A stretch of DNA of 64,000 bases, taken from contig CAZALK010000015.1 of NCBI GenBank assembly GCA_964486045.1, forward strand, positions 1 to 64,000. Reading direction: 5' to 3'. The translations under genes were made by a program, and so were the position numbers. Below the pieces are notes generated by a model. The model worked only from the letters and a program-made list of their open reading frames with translations, was not told where the DNA came from and did no database searches. Shown in pieces: positions 60,408 to 64,000 of the stretch. The stretch is from an uncultured archaeon. GTDB lineage: Archaea; Asgardarchaeota; Lokiarchaeia; Sigyniarchaeales; SOKP01. Numbering within the stretch: the first letter of the stretch is position 1; every line of letters starts with the position of its first letter.

Positions 60408-61844
60408 TTAAATTTTTTTAACAAGCTTTTTCCTTTCTTCAGTGTATATATTATAGAACCAATCTACGATGTATTGGTAAAAAAATCTTTCTCGTAAAAC
60501 ATCATAATGTGATTTTCCTCTTAGGCTTGTTAATTTTGCTATATCTTCAGACTTTATCTTTCCCTTTTCTACTAAATCCATACGTGTAATAAATTGATCT
60601 TTTAGTTTGATCTTTCTAAGGATTAAAGTAACAGCTTTGGAAATCTTACTGATGAGTTCTTCCAATTCATATTTTTTAATAAGTTGAAATCCGTCAATCT
60701 GATACAAATTGAACTTAATTTTTTTTAAAATTGAGTCTTTATCATAATAATTAATTAAATTCTTATTAGCAAGAAATTCTGATAAAAATTCAATGATTTT
60801 ATTCCCTGTATCATTATTAATACCTAAATTTGATAACTCCATTTCAAGTTTATAAAGAAACTTTTTTCTTAGAAATTGCTTAAATTTTACTATTATAGCT
60901 TCAGTTTCTTTCTGATCTGAACAGATTTCAATAATTTCTCCTTTTGGTGTAGAATACGTAAAACCTAGTCCTTGTGGTCCTAAACCTCCAAGAAGAACCA
61001 TCGAAATACTATAAAAATTATAGTTATCATTTGACCTGATATTATCTAAATTTCTTAAAATATTCTCAGGTGATACAAAATGTTTTTTGATTTCACGATA
61101 TTCATGATTTTCTTCATCCCCATAATAAATCGTTCTATAAATTACATTGAATTCAAAGAATTTCTTTCCTTTATAATTTGGATTGGTTTGTTCCCCATTC
61201 TCCTGGCTTTTTTGCAAAGGGTAGAACTTGTTGAAAGCATCAATAAATTGCTTTTTAGAGCTTAAATATCTCACACTTAATCCATAAATGGTATATTGGT
61301 TAAAAAAATTGTTCTTAATATATTGCATTAATCCCTCTCTATCAGAGAAATATTCATTCGGTCTACTAATGAAGTAATCATAGAGATTTCTAGGTAACCC
61401 TAAGCAAACATAAGAAATAAACGAGTCTGTTATTTTACCAAATAAATCAAATAGGTTTGCAATAAATAAATTATCTTTTTTGATTTTTTCGACTGAATAT
61501 CTTTCAGCTTTAGTTAATTCTTTTTCAAATAAGTTAAATTCATTGCAAAACCCTAATATATCGATTTGTTCTCCCAGAGCTGAAGTTTGGTATTCTGTTG
61601 AAATCCTTTCAATACATTCTGAAATTAATTTAGAAATTAATTCGAATCTGCGAGGGATTTTTTTTACTTCAATAAAAATATTAAAGTCAACTGAAGCGTT
61701 GAATAATTTTCTGAAACTATTAAAATATCCAAATCTAAGACAATTTGCTAATCCCTCATAATAATTTCTTTCAAGAGATTTTCTATCCTTTGAAAATGAG
61801 ATCTTTTTTTTAAGCTGCTCAAACACTTGATTTGAACGTGTCAT
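60408..61844 (-). CDS. Hypothetical protein
   Basis: 478-aa ORF with a Gly-rich motif LLGGLGPQGLGFTYSTPKGE; no family recognised. Confidence 0.8.
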   Translation of the reverse strand: MTRSNQVFEQLKKKISFSKDRKSLERNYYEGLANCLRFGYFNSFRKLFNASVDFNIFIEVKKIPRRFELISKLISECIERISTEYQTSALGEQIDILGFCNEFNLFEKELTKAERYSVEKIKKDNLFIANLFDLFGKITDSFISYVCLGLPRNLYDYFISRPNEYFSDREGLMQYIKNNFFNQYTIYGLSVRYLSSKKQFIDAFNKFYPLQKSQENGEQTNPNYKGKKFFEFNVIYRTIYYGDEENHEYREIKKHFVSPENILRNLDNIRSNDNYNFYSISMVLLGGLGPQGLGFTYSTPKGEIIEICSDQKETEAIIVKFKQFLRKKFLYKLEMELSNLGINNDTGNKIIEFLSEFLANKNLINYYDKDSILKKIKFNLYQIDGFQLIKKYELEELISKISKAVTLILRKIKLKDQFITRMDLVEKGKIKSEDIAKLTSLRGKSHYDVLRERFFYQYIVDWFYNIYTEERKKLVKKI

Positions 61845-61915
61845 GTAATTATAAGGGGATTAAGGTTTTTAGAAATCAAAATTTCTTAAATTAATTTAAA
61901 TTTGCTTAAAAGCTT

Positions 61916-62287
61916 CTAATCTAATAATTCAGCTATTTTGTTTGAAACACTTTGGATATTTAAGAAAACCATTCCAAGTGAAGCTTCACTTTTAGCTAAA
62001 GTACATAATATTGCGTTTTCCCCCGCTTTAGAGAGTATTATAATACCATCAACACCCTCTATGAGAATTCGCTTCAAGTCTCCTCGTGCCAACTCCTCAA
62101 CAGCACGTTCGGAAACGCTTAAAATTGCAGCACTCATCGCACTCACTATCCCGTCATTCACATCCCTTGCAAGCGCGCTACATATCGGAAGGCCTTGAAC
62201 ACTCACTATTGCTGAACCTTGAATATTTGGATTTACAGCTTCCATTTGCCTTAAAAGATCGGTAAGTTCAGAGATGTTTTCACTCAA
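61916..62287 (-). CDS. Roadblock/LC7 (MglB-like) protein
   Basis: GSAIVSVQGLPICS..VSAMSAAILSVSERAVEELARG..ILIEG. Confidence 0.93.
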   Translation of the reverse strand: MSENISELTDLLRQMEAVNPNIQGSAIVSVQGLPICSALARDVNDGIVSAMSAAILSVSERAVEELARGDLKRILIEGVDGIIILSKAGENAILCTLAKSEASLGMVFLNIQSVSNKIAELLD

Positions 62288-62445
62288 AGAATATTCAACT
62301 TGAATATATAGTGCTTATAATTCTAATAAGAAAATTATATTATAAAATTATTTTTATTTTTGATCGAATTTTAATGTTAACTTTATTATTAAAGTTAATT
62401 CATATTTAAAAAATATTTTTATCGAAGTCCATATTAGTAATTTTA

Positions 62446-63423
62446 ATGACAGACAATCAAAAAATAAATGATAAAGCTCAAGAAGAAAAAGGAAAGGAAG
62501 AGCTAGAAAAGGAAGAAGAAGAAAAAATTAAAATTGAGTCACTAAGAAAAGCAGGGAAAATAGCAAAAGAAGTTAAAGCGTATATAACACCAAAAATTAA
62601 TGTAGGTACTAAAGTTTTAGATATAGTTTCTATAACTGAAACTAAAATTGAAGAGCTAAATGGATTATGTGCATTTCCAGTAAATTTTTGTATCAACAAT
62701 ATTGCAGCACATTATACTTCTCCCTTAAAGGATGATGGTTTATTAATCGAAGAAGCAGATATAGTTAAAATTGATTTAGGAGTTCATGTAGAAGGTTATA
62801 TTGTTGATACTGCTTTTACTATTAATTTCAATGAGGATTCCTCACTTGAAAATTTAATCCAAGCCACTGAGGTAGCACTTGATGCTGCAAAAATGATTGT
62901 AAAACCAAAAGCGAATACAAAAGAAATAGGGCAGAAAATTGAAAGTATTGTAAAGGGATTCAACTACAACCCAATAAAAGAGCTAGGTGGCCATCAAATT
63001 GAGAGATGGACAGTTCATGGGAAAAAGCGATTACCTGAATTGGGCTCTCAGGGAGGTGATATAATGGACGAAGGAGAAGTGTTTTCAATAGAAATATTTG
63101 CAAGCACAGGTGAAGGATCAGTTCATAATACCCAACATTCACATATTTATGAGTTAAACCCGTATTCAGGAAGAGTTCCTTTGCGTAGAAAAACTTCTAA
63201 GCAGCTCTTAGGTTTCATAAATAAAAATTATAAATCTTTACCATTTGCCGAAAGATGGTTAGCAAAAGAATTTAAGCTGGGAGTTGCATTTGGGTTGCAA
63301 GAATTAGTACAACAAGGGAAATTACAAGCACACTTCGTACTTTCAGAAAAGAAAGGAGCCTATGTAGCACAGGTAGAGGAAACTATTTTGGTTACTGAAG
63401 ATGGATTTGAACAATTAACTTAA
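62446..63423 (+). CDS. map: Methionine aminopeptidase type II
   Basis: AFPVN, AAHY, KIDLGVHVEGYIVDTA, GHQI, EIFASTG, EET plus the type II insertion. Confidence 0.95.
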   Translation: MTDNQKINDKAQEEKGKEELEKEEEEKIKIESLRKAGKIAKEVKAYITPKINVGTKVLDIVSITETKIEELNGLCAFPVNFCINNIAAHYTSPLKDDGLLIEEADIVKIDLGVHVEGYIVDTAFTINFNEDSSLENLIQATEVALDAAKMIVKPKANTKEIGQKIESIVKGFNYNPIKELGGHQIERWTVHGKKRLPELGSQGGDIMDEGEVFSIEIFASTGEGSVHNTQHSHIYELNPYSGRVPLRRKTSKQLLGFINKNYKSLPFAERWLAKEFKLGVAFGLQELVQQGKLQAHFVLSEKKGAYVAQVEETILVTEDGFEQLT

Positions 63424-63465
63424 AATCATTGTTACCATTTCTAAAAAGATATTTAAAATATTTCA

Positions 63466-64000
63466 ATGAAAAAACTCAAAATTTGTCTTATTTCTTTGAA
63501 AATCGCCCCAGACCAAGAGCGTTCTGGTTTTGAGGGGATTTTTGATTATTTAAAGAAACAGAATCATGATGTTATATTAATTACTGGTAAATGGAATATT
63601 AAGATTGATGATACAAGAGTAATACAATTCGATTTATTAAAAAGACGTTTTACTTGGATGCCTCAATTTATAGTTAAAGTTGCCAAGTATCTTCGAAGTA
63701 ATAAATTTGACATTATTCATGGAAATGGTCCTAGAGGAACACTACCTATTCTTTTTTCAAATGAAAAGAGATTCATATCAACGATTCATGATTTAGGTCC
63801 TTTTGAAACAAAATTTACAACAATTCCTGTGGAGAAATATCTAATAAAATATATTATTAGCAAAGCAACTTACATTACAACCGTATCCAATTATTCCAAG
63901 AATGCAATTAAACACTATATTCAAAAGGCTAATTTAAACAAAATTAAAGTGATTTATAACGGTATTGGAAATTGGTTTAAACCTTACCCAAATAAAGCTC
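63466..64000 (+). CDS. Glycosyltransferase family 4, N-terminal part (runs off the right edge)
   Basis: MKKLKICLIS..HDVILIT..FDIIHGN..STIHDL..TTVSNYSK..VIYNGI. Confidence 0.85.
   Translation, partial: MKKLKICLISLKIAPDQERSGFEGIFDYLKKQNHDVILITGKWNIKIDDTRVIQFDLLKRRFTWMPQFIVKVAKYLRSNKFDIIHGNGPRGTLPILFSNEKRFISTIHDLGPFETKFTTIPVEKYLIKYIISKATYITTVSNYSKNAIKHYIQKANLNKIKVIYNGIGNWFKPYPNKA

Overview
AT-rich archaeal chromosome segment, very probably from a Lokiarchaeia (Asgard) genome. Support: Rab-like GTPase, roadblock/LC7, V4R/TRAPPC3-like pair, longin-like protein, Loki-CTERM-anchored surface proteins, archaeal MCM/GINS and type II MetAP. From left to right: a decayed PAS histidine-kinase locus; a degenerate type I-E-like CRISPR repeat-spacer-repeat unit; an orphan 3' fragment of top6A; a replication block (GINS23, membrane HEAT-repeat protein, MCM); Rab-like GTPase, HDAC and a polyproline/coiled-coil/Zn-ribbon protein; a 12-kb MoxR/DUF58/DUF4350/DUF4129/pseudo-transglutaminase operon; an F420 (cofD, cofE-nitroreductase fusion) plus lipoate (LipS1-LplA-LipS2) operon; leuS, tpiA, hdrC, trx; an accessory region with a repeat-array putative nuclease, a surface protease, beta-propeller surface proteins and a duplicated transglutaminase 3' cassette; then V4R/TRAPP-like genes, roadblock, map and a partial GT4 glycosyltransferase. 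Main hunt results: (i) five genes, including MCM, appear to start at near-cognate codons (ACG/ATA/ATT) 5-6 nt after a Shine-Dalgarno hexamer; (ii) a 29+32-nt orphan mini-CRISPR; (iii) a Zn-ribbon protein with 87/89-aa alternating repeats and a PD-(D/E)xK-like C-terminus; (iv) orphan 3' gene ends consistent with cargo insertion by single-crossover integration. All family assignments come from recognising motifs by eye; no database searches were run.
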